Source: Myxococcota bacterium
Lineage (GTDB): Bacteria; Myxococcota_A; UBA796; GCA-2862545
Assembly: GCA_039208735.1 (NCBI GenBank)
Contig: JBCCQY010000072.1
Span: 1-41,919, forward strand
Direction of reading: 5' to 3'
Length of the DNA stretch: 41,919 nt
The notes beneath the pieces were generated by a model. That model was not told the DNA's origin. It did not search any database and saw nothing but the letters and a program-made list of their open reading frames with translations. This document shows positions 1 to 8,689 of this stretch, piece after piece (positions within the stretch are counted from its first letter, which is position 1; each line of letters begins with the position of its first letter). Made by a program: the position numbers and the translations under genes.

Positions 1-96
1 CTGGTCGACGTCCTGGGTCGCCTCGACGAGCCGCCCGTCCGCCTCACTCCGCACGCCATGCGGGAGCAGTGGCAGGCCGCGAACCCGCCCACGTAG
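1..96 (+). CDS. 3' end of a gene entering from the left edge (partial, unknown product)
   Basis: Frame 1 is open from base 1 (LVDVLGRLDEPPVRLTPHAMREQWQAANPPT) to TAG at 94-96, with GC-rich third codon positions; it converges on rarA. Confidence 0.5.
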   Translation: MVDVLGRLDEPPVRLTPHAMREQWQAANPPT

Positions 97-154
97 GTCG
101 TTCAGGCCGGTCCGTCAGCCCCGGGTTCCTCGAACGCCTTCATCGCAGAGCGAC

Positions 155-2269
155 TCAGTTCCGCTTGATCCAAAGCCAACGCTCGGTGGTGGCCACAGGT
201 ACGGTCTGCCCGATCAACGCGCGCAGCGCTTGGCGAACCACGGCTGCATCCGCTGCGGCCAGCTTCAGACGGCTCAGCCAGGACGACGGGGTCTCGGCCG
301 TCCATCGCTCCACGGATGCTCGATCGATGGGCCGCTCGGTGAGATGGACCTCGTGGCGTTCGGTCGTCGCGAAGGAGCCTAGGGCCTCGGTGAACGCCGC
401 CACATCGATGACGGGCAGCGCCGCGTACACCGGCGTCTCTGCGGCCTCCAGACGCTGCCGCACATCGTCGGGCAACCCCTTGGCAATCCACGCCGAAATG
501 CGCTGGGCCAGTTGGGGGTCGACCCAGGAAAAGGCAGCTTGTCCATTCGGGGCGAGGCCGTGCGCGAGGTGCTCCGCAAGGACGTTGGCCCGTTGCGCCG
601 GAGGCTCACGCGCCACCATCACGTCGAATTGAACGCCCGCGTCGGCCACCGTCGCGACAAAGGCCTCGGGATCGACCAAGCGAGGACGCCGCAGGGGAGG
701 AAGATCCTGGGCAAGGGCGGCGAGGGTATCGCGGTCTTCAGGAGGAACCACCGCCCAGACGTGGCCTTCAGGAGCGCGTCGAACCGCCTCCCACACCCAC
801 AGCCCGGTTCGCGGGTGGAGATCGGCGACGAGGTGGTGTCGCGCAACGCCTAGCGCATCGAAGAATGCGGCCGTCTGGGCGGCAAGCCGTTCGCCTGGAT
901 TGCCGATGGTGCGCTGGAGCCAACGCTGGACGGGCTCGTCGACCGAGGAGGCGGTCAGCGGCTCATCGGGTTCCTCAACCATGGCGGCAAGCTGAGCTTC
1001 TCGGCGTTGAGCAAGCCGAATCGCGACCCCTTCCTCGGCCCCCTGCGAGGAGGGACGATAGAACAGGCGTCCTGACAAGGCCTTCGGCAAGTAGGACTGG
1101 GCCACCCAATGGTCGCGGTAGGCATGGGGGTAGAGGTAGCCCTTGCCATGGCCAAAATCGGCGCCGTCTCGAGAGGCATCTTTGAGGTGCATGGGCACAT
1201 CGACGGTGGCTTCCCCTTCGACCGCCGCCAGTGCGTCGAACAGGCCCATCGTGCTGTTCGACTTGGGGGCGGTCGCAAGGCGCAAGGTGGCCTGCGACAG
1301 CGGGAACCGGCCTTCCGGCATCCCGATGCGGTCAAAGGCTTGGGCACACGACATGACGTCAGCCAGTGCCGTCGGGTCGGCAAGGCCCACATCTTCGGAC
1401 GCCAAGATCACCAGACGACGCAGGATGAACCGCGGATCCTCGCCTGCGTAGATCATCCGGGCCAGCCAATACAAGGCGGCGTCGGGATCCGAGCCTCGAA
1501 TCGACTTGATGAACGCACTGATCGTGTCGAAATGGGCATCTCCTTCACGGTCGTAGATCACCGCGCGACGCTGGATGGACTCTTCGGCCACCGCCAAGTC
1601 GATGCGAATCGTGCCCTCGTCGTTGGCCGGGGTGGTCTCCACCGCAAGCTCGAGGGCGTTCAGGAGCGCTCGGGCATCGCCATTGGCCACATCGACGAGG
1701 TGTTCAAGGGCATCATCGTTGAGTTCGACGGCTCGGTCCGCGTAGCCCTCAGGATGGGTCAGGGCGCGCCGCACCACCTGCCGCAACGCATCCGGGCCCA
1801 GCCCTTCTAGGCGAAAGAGCCGCGAACGGCTGACCAAGGCTGCGTTCACTTCGAAGTACGGGTTTTCGGTGGTCGCGCCGATCAGCACCACCGTGCCGTC
1901 TTCGACCCAGGGCAACAGGGCGTCCTGCTGGGCCTTGTTGAAACGGTGCACCTCGTCGACGAACAACAGGGTGCGCTGCTGGAACATCCCCTCACGGCGA
2001 GATTGCGCTTCGGCCACTGCCGATCGCAGGTCTTTCACCCCGGCCAGGACGGCGTTCAGCGCCACAAAATGGGCCCGTGTGGTCTCGGCGATCACACGGG
2101 CCAACGTAGTCTTTCCAGTACCTGGAGGACCGAAGAAGATCAAGCTCGAAAGCTGGTCCGCTTCGATGGCTCGACGCAGCAGGCGCCCTCGACCCACGAT
2201 GTGGGCCTGGCCGATCACGTCATCGAGGTTCCGCGGCCGCAAGCGGGCCGCCAAGGGCGCATCGCTCAC
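155..2269 (-). CDS. rarA: Replication-associated recombination protein RarA/MgsA (AAA+ ATPase) with a C-terminal methyltransferase-like extension
   Basis: APLAARLRP N-terminus, Walker A GPPGTGKT, Walker B LFVDEVHRFNKAQQDALLP, GATTENPYF, and the MgsA C-terminal motifs FDTISAFIKSIRGSDPDAALYWLARM and ASEDVGLADP. GTG start at 2269 overlaps the upstream stop (GTGA). Confidence 0.95.
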   Translation of the reverse strand: MSDAPLAARLRPRNLDDVIGQAHIVGRGRLLRRAIEADQLSSLIFFGPPGTGKTTLARVIAETTRAHFVALNAVLAGVKDLRSAVAEAQSRREGMFQQRTLLFVDEVHRFNKAQQDALLPWVEDGTVVLIGATTENPYFEVNAALVSRSRLFRLEGLGPDALRQVVRRALTHPEGYADRAVELNDDALEHLVDVANGDARALLNALELAVETTPANDEGTIRIDLAVAEESIQRRAVIYDREGDAHFDTISAFIKSIRGSDPDAALYWLARMIYAGEDPRFILRRLVILASEDVGLADPTALADVMSCAQAFDRIGMPEGRFPLSQATLRLATAPKSNSTMGLFDALAAVEGEATVDVPMHLKDASRDGADFGHGKGYLYPHAYRDHWVAQSYLPKALSGRLFYRPSSQGAEEGVAIRLAQRREAQLAAMVEEPDEPLTASSVDEPVQRWLQRTIGNPGERLAAQTAAFFDALGVARHHLVADLHPRTGLWVWEAVRRAPEGHVWAVVPPEDRDTLAALAQDLPPLRRPRLVDPEAFVATVADAGVQFDVMVAREPPAQRANVLAEHLAHGLAPNGQAAFSWVDPQLAQRISAWIAKGLPDDVRQRLEAAETPVYAALPVIDVAAFTEALGSFATTERHEVHLTERPIDRASVERWTAETPSSWLSRLKLAAADAAVVRQALRALIGQTVPVATTERWLWIKRN

Positions 2270-2604
2270 GCGTCGGTCCAAATCCCGCCACGGCTGATGC
2301 ACTTCTGGGCAGCCTGAGTTCCGGGCCAGAACTGTGGGTAGAAGTACGATACCGTACCATCAATGGTGTCGGTATCGATGGCGCACGTGCCGACGGCTCC
2401 GTCAGGACAAGCATCGACGATCTCACCCGTGGTGCACTGCAGCTCGACCCCGACTTCGGTCCAGGCCTCGCCCGTGTACTCGATGCAATCGCCGTCGATC
2501 GTCGACTGATCACAACCGCGGGGGAAGTCTTCAGGGGCGGACGTTCCGTCGCACCCTCCGAGCAGGCATCCCACCACGGCGAGGATCTTGACTTGCGTGC
2601 TCAC
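2266..2604 (-). CDS. Small cysteine-rich lipoprotein, unknown function
   Basis: Lipobox-like LLGGC after a hydrophobic stretch; six further Cys in the mature part; stop overlaps the rarA start. Confidence 0.75.
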   Translation of the reverse strand: MSTQVKILAVVGCLLGGCDGTSAPEDFPRGCDQSTIDGDCIEYTGEAWTEVGVELQCTTGEIVDACPDGAVGTCAIDTDTIDGTVSYFYPQFWPGTQAAQKCISRGGIWTDA

Positions 2605-2649
2605 GCGGCCTCCGAGAGTTCGGGCCTTGGGTAGACCCGACTTCCGAGA

Positions 2650-3045
2650 CTACAGCGCGAACGGCCCGCTACGTACCAACATCGCGAGCTTGACCCGCTG
2701 CTCGGGCTGGAGCAACGCGTGCAGGCGTTCGATAGCGGTCACGGTCGCATCGCGCTCGCGACCTGCGGCCGTCACTCGGACTTCCGCCGCCTGGCGCACC
2801 GCCCCGACATCGAGGGGGTCGGCCGTCATCAGATCGGCCAACGAGCCCGAGGCCTTTTTGCGGTCGAGTTCGGCCTGCTCGCGCTCGAGACGGAGATCCG
2901 AGAGGATCTTCGACAGCTCGGCGGCCTGGGGGTCGTCGAGCGAGAGCCGCTCGATCAGGAAACGAAGGGGACGACGGGCTCCGAAGCGACCTTTGCCGCC
3001 CGGTCCACGCCGGTGGTGGGCCCTACGGCCACGACCAAAAAACAT
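2650..3045 (-). CDS. Spy/CpxP-like (LTXXQ) helical protein
   Basis: Motifs LSLDDPQ...L and LHALLQPEQR, typical of the Spy/CpxP/ZraP fold; AGGAG ribosome-binding site upstream of ATG at 3045. Confidence 0.7.
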   Translation of the reverse strand: MFFGRGRRAHHRRGPGGKGRFGARRPLRFLIERLSLDDPQAAELSKILSDLRLEREQAELDRKKASGSLADLMTADPLDVGAVRQAAEVRVTAAGRERDATVTAIERLHALLQPEQRVKLAMLVRSGPFAL

Positions 3046-3200
3046 GCAATCTCTCCTACGCATCGACATCGTGTCGACGGGGAATCGCGCGGGCCCCATG
3101 CCTCGCGCTGAACGAAATCTAGGCCGGCGACCGGTCGCTGGCGCCTGACCGTTTGGGGAGGGACGCCGAGCCATTGTGGGGGACCGGGTTACCACTAACG

Positions 3201-3932
3201 CTAGTTTCGTTCGCCTTTCTCGTCGTTCGAAGCCACGAGTTCGTCGTAGATGGGCTGCAGCGCCTCAACGAGCGGTCGCAACGCCGCAGGGACGACCGCG
3301 GGCGGTGACGGCGGCACAAATTCGGTCGATGCCTCTACCTTGGCGTACCAGTGCGGTGCCCAGACCCCGTCCGTGTCGCGACGTCCGGCCGACCACGACA
3401 GCATGCGCGGCGTAAACGCCAGGCCGAGGCCCTCACACAACGTGCGCAAGCCCGACTCGGGCGCGGCCCGCAACGCATCGCCATCGACGACGACGATGTC
3501 TTGCCCGACCGCACGACACGCCCTCGCCAACCGCAACAATTGTGGAAAGCCTAGGTCCTCGGCGGTCGGCGTTGCGCGGACCTTGGCGTAGCTCGCCACC
3601 ATCGCGGCAGGGTCTCTCACCAAGAAGGCGTGCCGCGCGGGCCCGAAGTGCGTAAAATCCCAGTTTTGGGGCCAGTGATGTGCCATATGCTTTTCGAACT
3701 GCAGAGGCCATTGCGAATCGGGGGCCCGCAACCGCGCGAGGACGACCTCGGGATCCGTGGGTTGACTGGCCAAGATCTGGTCTCGACCTGGATGTTCAAG
3801 CCCCGTGGCCTGCAGGTAGGCCGCATACAGGGGTTCATCGATCACCGCGCAGTCCCCGCGTGCCTCGAAGGACCGCATCAGCGCGGTGCTCACGTTGCGG
3901 GGGCCCGACCACATCGCGATCCGCACCGTCAT
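3201..3932 (-). CDS. Sulfotransferase-like P-loop protein (aminotransferase IV-associated family)
   Basis: IAMWSGPRNVSTALMRSF, DEPLYA, KHMAHH and DGVWAPHWY motifs; ATGA overlap with the aminotransferase gene. Confidence 0.85.
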   Translation of the reverse strand: MTVRIAMWSGPRNVSTALMRSFEARGDCAVIDEPLYAAYLQATGLEHPGRDQILASQPTDPEVVLARLRAPDSQWPLQFEKHMAHHWPQNWDFTHFGPARHAFLVRDPAAMVASYAKVRATPTAEDLGFPQLLRLARACRAVGQDIVVVDGDALRAAPESGLRTLCEGLGLAFTPRMLSWSAGRRDTDGVWAPHWYAKVEASTEFVPPSPPAVVPAALRPLVEALQPIYDELVASNDEKGERN

Positions 3933-4843
3933 GACGTGAGGTCTTCCTCGACGAGGGTGCGGTAGCCTTCCTGCAGGGCCTCGGTGACCGGTCCGCGCTG
4001 GCCCTCGCCGATGCGGCGGCCATCCACCTCCACCACCGGCATGAGGCCTCCGAACGTTCCCGTGCAGAAGGCCTCGTCGGCGCTATAGACCTTCCGAAGG
4101 GCAAACGGGTGTTCTCGCGCAACGCGACCCTGACGTCGAGCGACGTCGAGCACCTTGGACCGCGTGATGCCTTCGAGGATGTACAGGGGAGCGCTCGTCC
4201 ACACTTCGCCTTTGCGCACGATGAAGAAGTGGGTCGAGTTGCAGGTCGCCACAAACCCCTGCGGGTCGAGCATCAGCGCTTCGTCAGCGCCGAGCTTCTC
4301 GGCCTGAATGGCTGCGCTGACGCAATTGAGCTTGCTGTGGCTGTTCCAGCCTGGGTCCTGCACATCGGGCCGGCCGCGACGAACATGTACGGTGACGAGC
4401 TTCAGGCCCCGGGTCGAGAGTTCAGGAGCGGGGGCTTTGTGTTCAGCGAGGACCACCACCGTGGGGCGTCCCACATCTGCGCTGCGACCCTGAAACGGCG
4501 TGGTCTTCAGCCCACGCGTGATCATGAGTCGCAGATGCACGTCGTCGACCATTGCGTTGGCCTTGAGGGTGGCGTCAATCGCATCGGCCACCCCCGCGCG
4601 GTCGAGTCCCGGATCGAGATCGAGGGCGGCCAGGCCTTCAAAGAGGCGGTCCAGATGGTCGTCCAGAAACACCGGCCGCCCACGCTTCACGTGCATCGAC
4701 TCCCACACCCCGTCCCCAAGCAAGAACCCCGCATCGAGGATGCTCACCTGCGCCTTCGCGCGAGGAACAAGGTCGCCGTTGAGGTACACGAGAATCGACT
4801 CGTTGCGGGGGTCGGGTGCCGATTGATGGGTGCCAGATGCCAT
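3929..4843 (-). CDS. Class IV PLP-dependent aminotransferase (branched-chain/D-amino-acid aminotransferase-like)
   Basis: DAGFLLGDGVWE, HLDRLF, SHSKLN (PLP lysine), ILEGITR, ADEAFCTGT. Confidence 0.92.
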   Translation of the reverse strand: MASGTHQSAPDPRNESILVYLNGDLVPRAKAQVSILDAGFLLGDGVWESMHVKRGRPVFLDDHLDRLFEGLAALDLDPGLDRAGVADAIDATLKANAMVDDVHLRLMITRGLKTTPFQGRSADVGRPTVVVLAEHKAPAPELSTRGLKLVTVHVRRGRPDVQDPGWNSHSKLNCVSAAIQAEKLGADEALMLDPQGFVATCNSTHFFIVRKGEVWTSAPLYILEGITRSKVLDVARRQGRVAREHPFALRKVYSADEAFCTGTFGGLMPVVEVDGRRIGEGQRGPVTEALQEGYRTLVEEDLTS

Positions 4844-4851
4844 GCCCGACC

Positions 4852-6234
4852 CTACACCATCACGGTGATTCCCCTCGCGGTCATCTCGCGGCCGGAGGGA
4901 CTCTCAACCTCCGCGGGCAAAAGGCGCACGGCGACTCGAAATTGTGGTCGCAACCGCTCCGCAAGCTCCAGCGCGTAGAACACCGGGGCCGGACTCTGCC
5001 GCTCCAGGACCACTTCATCTTCCGAGACCAGGGTCGCGGACCAGCCCCAGAACCGCTCGGACTCGTCGTCGAAGTCCGTCAATCGGAAGGGTTGACCCGG
5101 CCGATGAGAGCGCCAATGCGTAAACCACTCGGCAATCTCATTGTAGCGAGTCTCCGGAAATGCCACCTCGACCAAGCAGGTTGGAGGGACGTGTCCTAGC
5201 TCCCTCAACGCCGCTGCGTCCTCGAACCAACGAGCAAACGAAATCTGCAGATGCGACAGTTGCGGAACCGTTCTCCATGTTGCCAAGGCCAAGACATCCA
5301 GCTCGGACAGATGGAGGTGCAGCACTTCGGTATCGAAGGGCACGGGTTGGGAGTCGAGATCGGCGAACGCGTCCTCATCGAGTGGCCCCAACGACGTGAC
5401 CCTGTGCATCCCTGGCCCGATGACCCGGACGCCTCCCGGCAAAAAGCGCAACGTCTTCACGAGTTGAAAGATCGGATCGTCGAGCTGAACCTGGTGCTCC
5501 TCTCCACGCAAGATGTACATGGACAGGGAGCGGTAGAACCTCGGCTCAAGTTGGATGCCACTGCGAGGGACATAGCGGCTGTTGAAGCCAAGCCAAGCCG
5601 TGTGGTGCGTCGTCCACAGCTCGATGAGCCGGCGGGTGTTCTCGGCATCCTGAGGCCGCCCCAGGCGCACAAGGAACTCCCCCCGGGGGTCGGATTGATC
5701 GAGCCAGTAGTCGGCAAGCACCGACCAAGGGTCGGGCATGGCGAGCAACGACCGAGCCGTCTCATCCCAGGGACTCGCAACATCCCAATCCGCCGCGTAT
5801 CGAACATGAAGCTCCGAACTCCAACCCTCCGGCATGTCGAGCCAGGGACGGCATAGAGCGCCCCGCCACTGGCAGGGCTGACCCGGTTGGGCATCCAGGA
5901 TCCGAGTCAGTCGGCCGGCTTCGTTCACGAAAGGAGCGTACGCCTCGGGCCATACGTCCATTTCGAAAGGCCAAAGGTCTGGCCAATGAAATCGGTGCCG
6001 GATGCGCTCACAGTGGCGTTTCCAATCCCACCTCCGGATCGGTTGCCTCCACCTCCACCCCTGCGCGAGCCGTTCATTAGGAAAGGCAGGTCGGAACCCA
6101 AGCTCTCCCCTCCCTTGTTGGACCCACAGGCCGACCCCGACACTCGGTAGCGGAGGGGTGTCGATGGCCTCTTCGAGCCAACGGGGGAGCGTCCAGTGGC
6201 GAAAGAAAAGGACCTCTGCATCATGGACCGTCAT
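4852..6234 (-). CDS. Hypothetical protein with an internal TIGR02996-like repeat-companion motif
   Basis: VLADYWLDQSDPRGEFL resembles the TIGR02996 consensus (vyADWL.e.GDPRgefi); ATG at 6234 lies 1 nt past the hydrolase stop. Trp-rich N-terminal part and Leu-rich C-terminal part. Confidence 0.65.
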   Translation of the reverse strand: MTVHDAEVLFFRHWTLPRWLEEAIDTPPLPSVGVGLWVQQGRGELGFRPAFPNERLAQGWRWRQPIRRWDWKRHCERIRHRFHWPDLWPFEMDVWPEAYAPFVNEAGRLTRILDAQPGQPCQWRGALCRPWLDMPEGWSSELHVRYAADWDVASPWDETARSLLAMPDPWSVLADYWLDQSDPRGEFLVRLGRPQDAENTRRLIELWTTHHTAWLGFNSRYVPRSGIQLEPRFYRSLSMYILRGEEHQVQLDDPIFQLVKTLRFLPGGVRVIGPGMHRVTSLGPLDEDAFADLDSQPVPFDTEVLHLHLSELDVLALATWRTVPQLSHLQISFARWFEDAAALRELGHVPPTCLVEVAFPETRYNEIAEWFTHWRSHRPGQPFRLTDFDDESERFWGWSATLVSEDEVVLERQSPAPVFYALELAERLRPQFRVAVRLLPAEVESPSGREMTARGITVMV

Positions 6235-6235
6235 G

Positions 6236-6970
6236 TCAAGTGAGCAACTCGTGCAAGGCCGCGGCAAACGCCGGCGGAGTCTCCTGCATAGGGTAGTGGC
6301 CTGCACTCGGACAAATCCGCACTTCAGCACGCGGCCATTCGCGCTTGAGCATCGCCGTCACAGAGGCCACCTCGAAGGGCTCGGCATCGTGTTCACCGAG
6401 AATCACCCCAATGGGGTCGTTGTTCGGGCGCTTCCCCTGCACCGTCTGCTCACTGTACATCCGGACATACCCACGGGCCGCCTCGACCGAAGCACTGTCT
6501 GCCCAATGAGCAAGCTTGAAGGCGGCCCAGCGGGGACCGTGCCGAGCGGCAAACCGTTCCGCGAGCGCCTGACGGGCCTCCAGGTCTCCCGCGACCTGCT
6601 CGAGCCACGCCACGACGGGCTTGGGCGTCTTCATCCCCGTCGGATCAACTGGACTGACCAGAACAAGGCGTTCGAGAGGACGTTCGGTCGCGACCTGCTG
6701 CGCCACGAGGCTGGACATCGAGTGTCCAACCAGCCGAACCGGACCCAGCGTATCGATGAGCGCTCCGACGTCCGACGCGGCCTCCTCCAACGTGTGGGAG
6801 CCCGCGAGGTCTCGCGACAAGCCATAGCCACGGAGGTCGGCGAACACCCACCGGTAGGCTTCGGTGTCGAGCAAGGGCAGGACGAAGTCGTAGTTGCGGT
6901 GGTCGCCCATCCAATCATGCAACATCACAACCGTGTGGGGTCCAGCGCCATGTACACACGTTCCAAGCAT
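6236..6970 (-). CDS. Alpha/beta fold hydrolase
   Basis: DLRGYG, nucleophile elbow GHSMS, GEHD acid, and GHYP catalytic His; GGAGG upstream of the start. Confidence 0.9.
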   Translation of the reverse strand: MLGTCVHGAGPHTVVMLHDWMGDHRNYDFVLPLLDTEAYRWVFADLRGYGLSRDLAGSHTLEEAASDVGALIDTLGPVRLVGHSMSSLVAQQVATERPLERLVLVSPVDPTGMKTPKPVVAWLEQVAGDLEARQALAERFAARHGPRWAAFKLAHWADSASVEAARGYVRMYSEQTVQGKRPNNDPIGVILGEHDAEPFEVASVTAMLKREWPRAEVRICPSAGHYPMQETPPAFAAALHELLT

Positions 6971-7141
6971 GTTCTCGCCCTCCGATGGTGAGGTAGCTCA
7001 AGCCGAGCGCCTGCGTCGTCCGGCCGAAGGACCACGCCGACTCGGCGACCAATGTATTCGACCAAAATGACACACTTGGCACTCTGGCTCCGCGGAAGGG
7101 TGAGTTGAGCGAACACTCTCCCGGATGACAAACTCGGTCCC

Positions 7142-8689
7142 TTAGCGGCGTCCGAGCCTTCGCACGAAGCCAGACGCTTGGGCCGCTTCGGTTGGGTCGA
7201 GCATCAGTACATCGTCCGAAAACGGCTCCACACCTCGCGCATCGCGATGTCCCAACACCACCGACCACACCCGCAGTCCCGTCTGCGCCCGGACCTCGGC
7301 CACGCGGTCCACCACTGACTCTGCGGCGCGACACAGCCCATCTGTCACCACAAGCACATCGGCAAACTCGAGTTCCTGCTCCTCAAGCAAGTCCATTGCC
7401 CGGAGCAACGGACCGTCGAAATCGGTGCCTGAATGGAAGCTGCGCTGGAGGAAGGCCAGCATCCCCTCAAGGCCTCCCAACCCACGCCGCAGCCGAATCT
7501 CACTCTGCTCGCCCGGGCCGCCAAACAAGATCAGGTGGACCGTTCGCCCCTTGGGAATCACCTTTCGGCAGACTGCGAGTACCAGTGCTTTCGCCGCCAG
7601 CTCCGGCGGCCCTTCCATCGACGCGGAAGTGTCGATGCACGCGATGACGGGACCACGCCGATCTCCCATGGCTCGGCCTTCGTCGCCCGTACCGGTCAAC
7701 TCGAGCGACACGAGCCGCCGTTCCAAAAGCCGTTGGTAGAAGAGGTCCTCGGTATCGGGGTCGCCCAAAAGCGCGAGTTCACCAGGTAAAGCGGTTGATA
7801 CCTCCCCCCCAAGCCGCACCCCGACGACCTCTTCTCGGCCCCCCTCTTGCCGACCCTCGCGTTCTGTCGCGTCTTCCAATCGGCCCAACGCATCGGCAAG
7901 GTCCTGGAGTTCGCCGAGCGATTCCAGCAAGCTCGCCAGCTGATCCAGGCGTTCCAGCAAGGTGAGTTCAAGCTGGCCTGGCGCGCTGGACCACCCGATG
8001 CCGGGTAAGAAGCGCTCAAGCTGCCGTGCGACCCGATCCGTTTCGATGGCCCCTTGCGCCGCCGCATCCGCGATGGGCGTAAGCATCTGGGCCGCCTGTT
8101 CCTCAGCGTCACCCGCCGACCCCTCGTCGTCTTCGTTCGTCGCCTCGGTGAGCGCTCGGAACCGCTCGATCAGATTGTCCAGGTCGGGATCATCACCCAG
8201 CGGAAGCTCATCGAGCCAATTCGGGGAGCCGTCCTCCTCCTCCTCATCCGACGACTCGGGCTCGTCGCTCTCGGAATCCTCTTCTTCCTCCGGCGGCGAT
8301 GGGGGCAAGGGCTCGTCGTCGACCTCGGTTTCCTCTTCGTCCTCAAACGAATCGGATTCACCCGAATCCTCGGCCGGCGGCGGCTCGAGATCGCGGAGCC
8401 ACGGCCACAGCGCGGCGGTCGCCCGTGCCGACGCTTCGACCGCCATGAGCGGGCGCTCCTTGCAAATCTGCCGCGTGGCCCGAAACTCACGTTGGGCCAC
8501 GATCGTGATGACGTGGGCCAGAGGGCCAAGTTCCGTGCGGGGACGCCCCCACAGCCAACGGGCCAGGTCGACGGCGAACGCATCGATACGGCGCTGATCG
8601 AGGTCACTGACGCCAAGACCAACAATCGCGGGATGCCGAACCACAATATCGACCGGTGTGCCCTCGTAAGACGACCGTTCGGGAATCAC
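7142..8689 (-). CDS. vWA-domain protein, ViaA/CoxE-like
   Basis: GPVIACIDTSASM (MIDAS DxSxS), GTDFDGPL and VLVVTDG; long acidic linker; start overlaps the stop of the MoxR ATPase gene. Confidence 0.88.
   Translation of the reverse strand: MIPERSSYEGTPVDIVVRHPAIVGLGVSDLDQRRIDAFAVDLARWLWGRPRTELGPLAHVITIVAQREFRATRQICKERPLMAVEASARATAALWPWLRDLEPPPAEDSGESDSFEDEEETEVDDEPLPPSPPEEEEDSESDEPESSDEEEEDGSPNWLDELPLGDDPDLDNLIERFRALTEATNEDDEGSAGDAEEQAAQMLTPIADAAAQGAIETDRVARQLERFLPGIGWSSAPGQLELTLLERLDQLASLLESLGELQDLADALGRLEDATEREGRQEGGREEVVGVRLGGEVSTALPGELALLGDPDTEDLFYQRLLERRLVSLELTGTGDEGRAMGDRRGPVIACIDTSASMEGPPELAAKALVLAVCRKVIPKGRTVHLILFGGPGEQSEIRLRRGLGGLEGMLAFLQRSFHSGTDFDGPLLRAMDLLEEQELEFADVLVVTDGLCRAAESVVDRVAEVRAQTGLRVWSVVLGHRDARGVEPFSDDVLMLDPTEAAQASGFVRRLGRR

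Noticed and set aside
6975..7135. Small ORF or regulator remnant between the vWA gene and the hydrolase
   Set aside because: Short, no convincing start or motif, and it overlaps the hydrolase start region; more likely promoter DNA.
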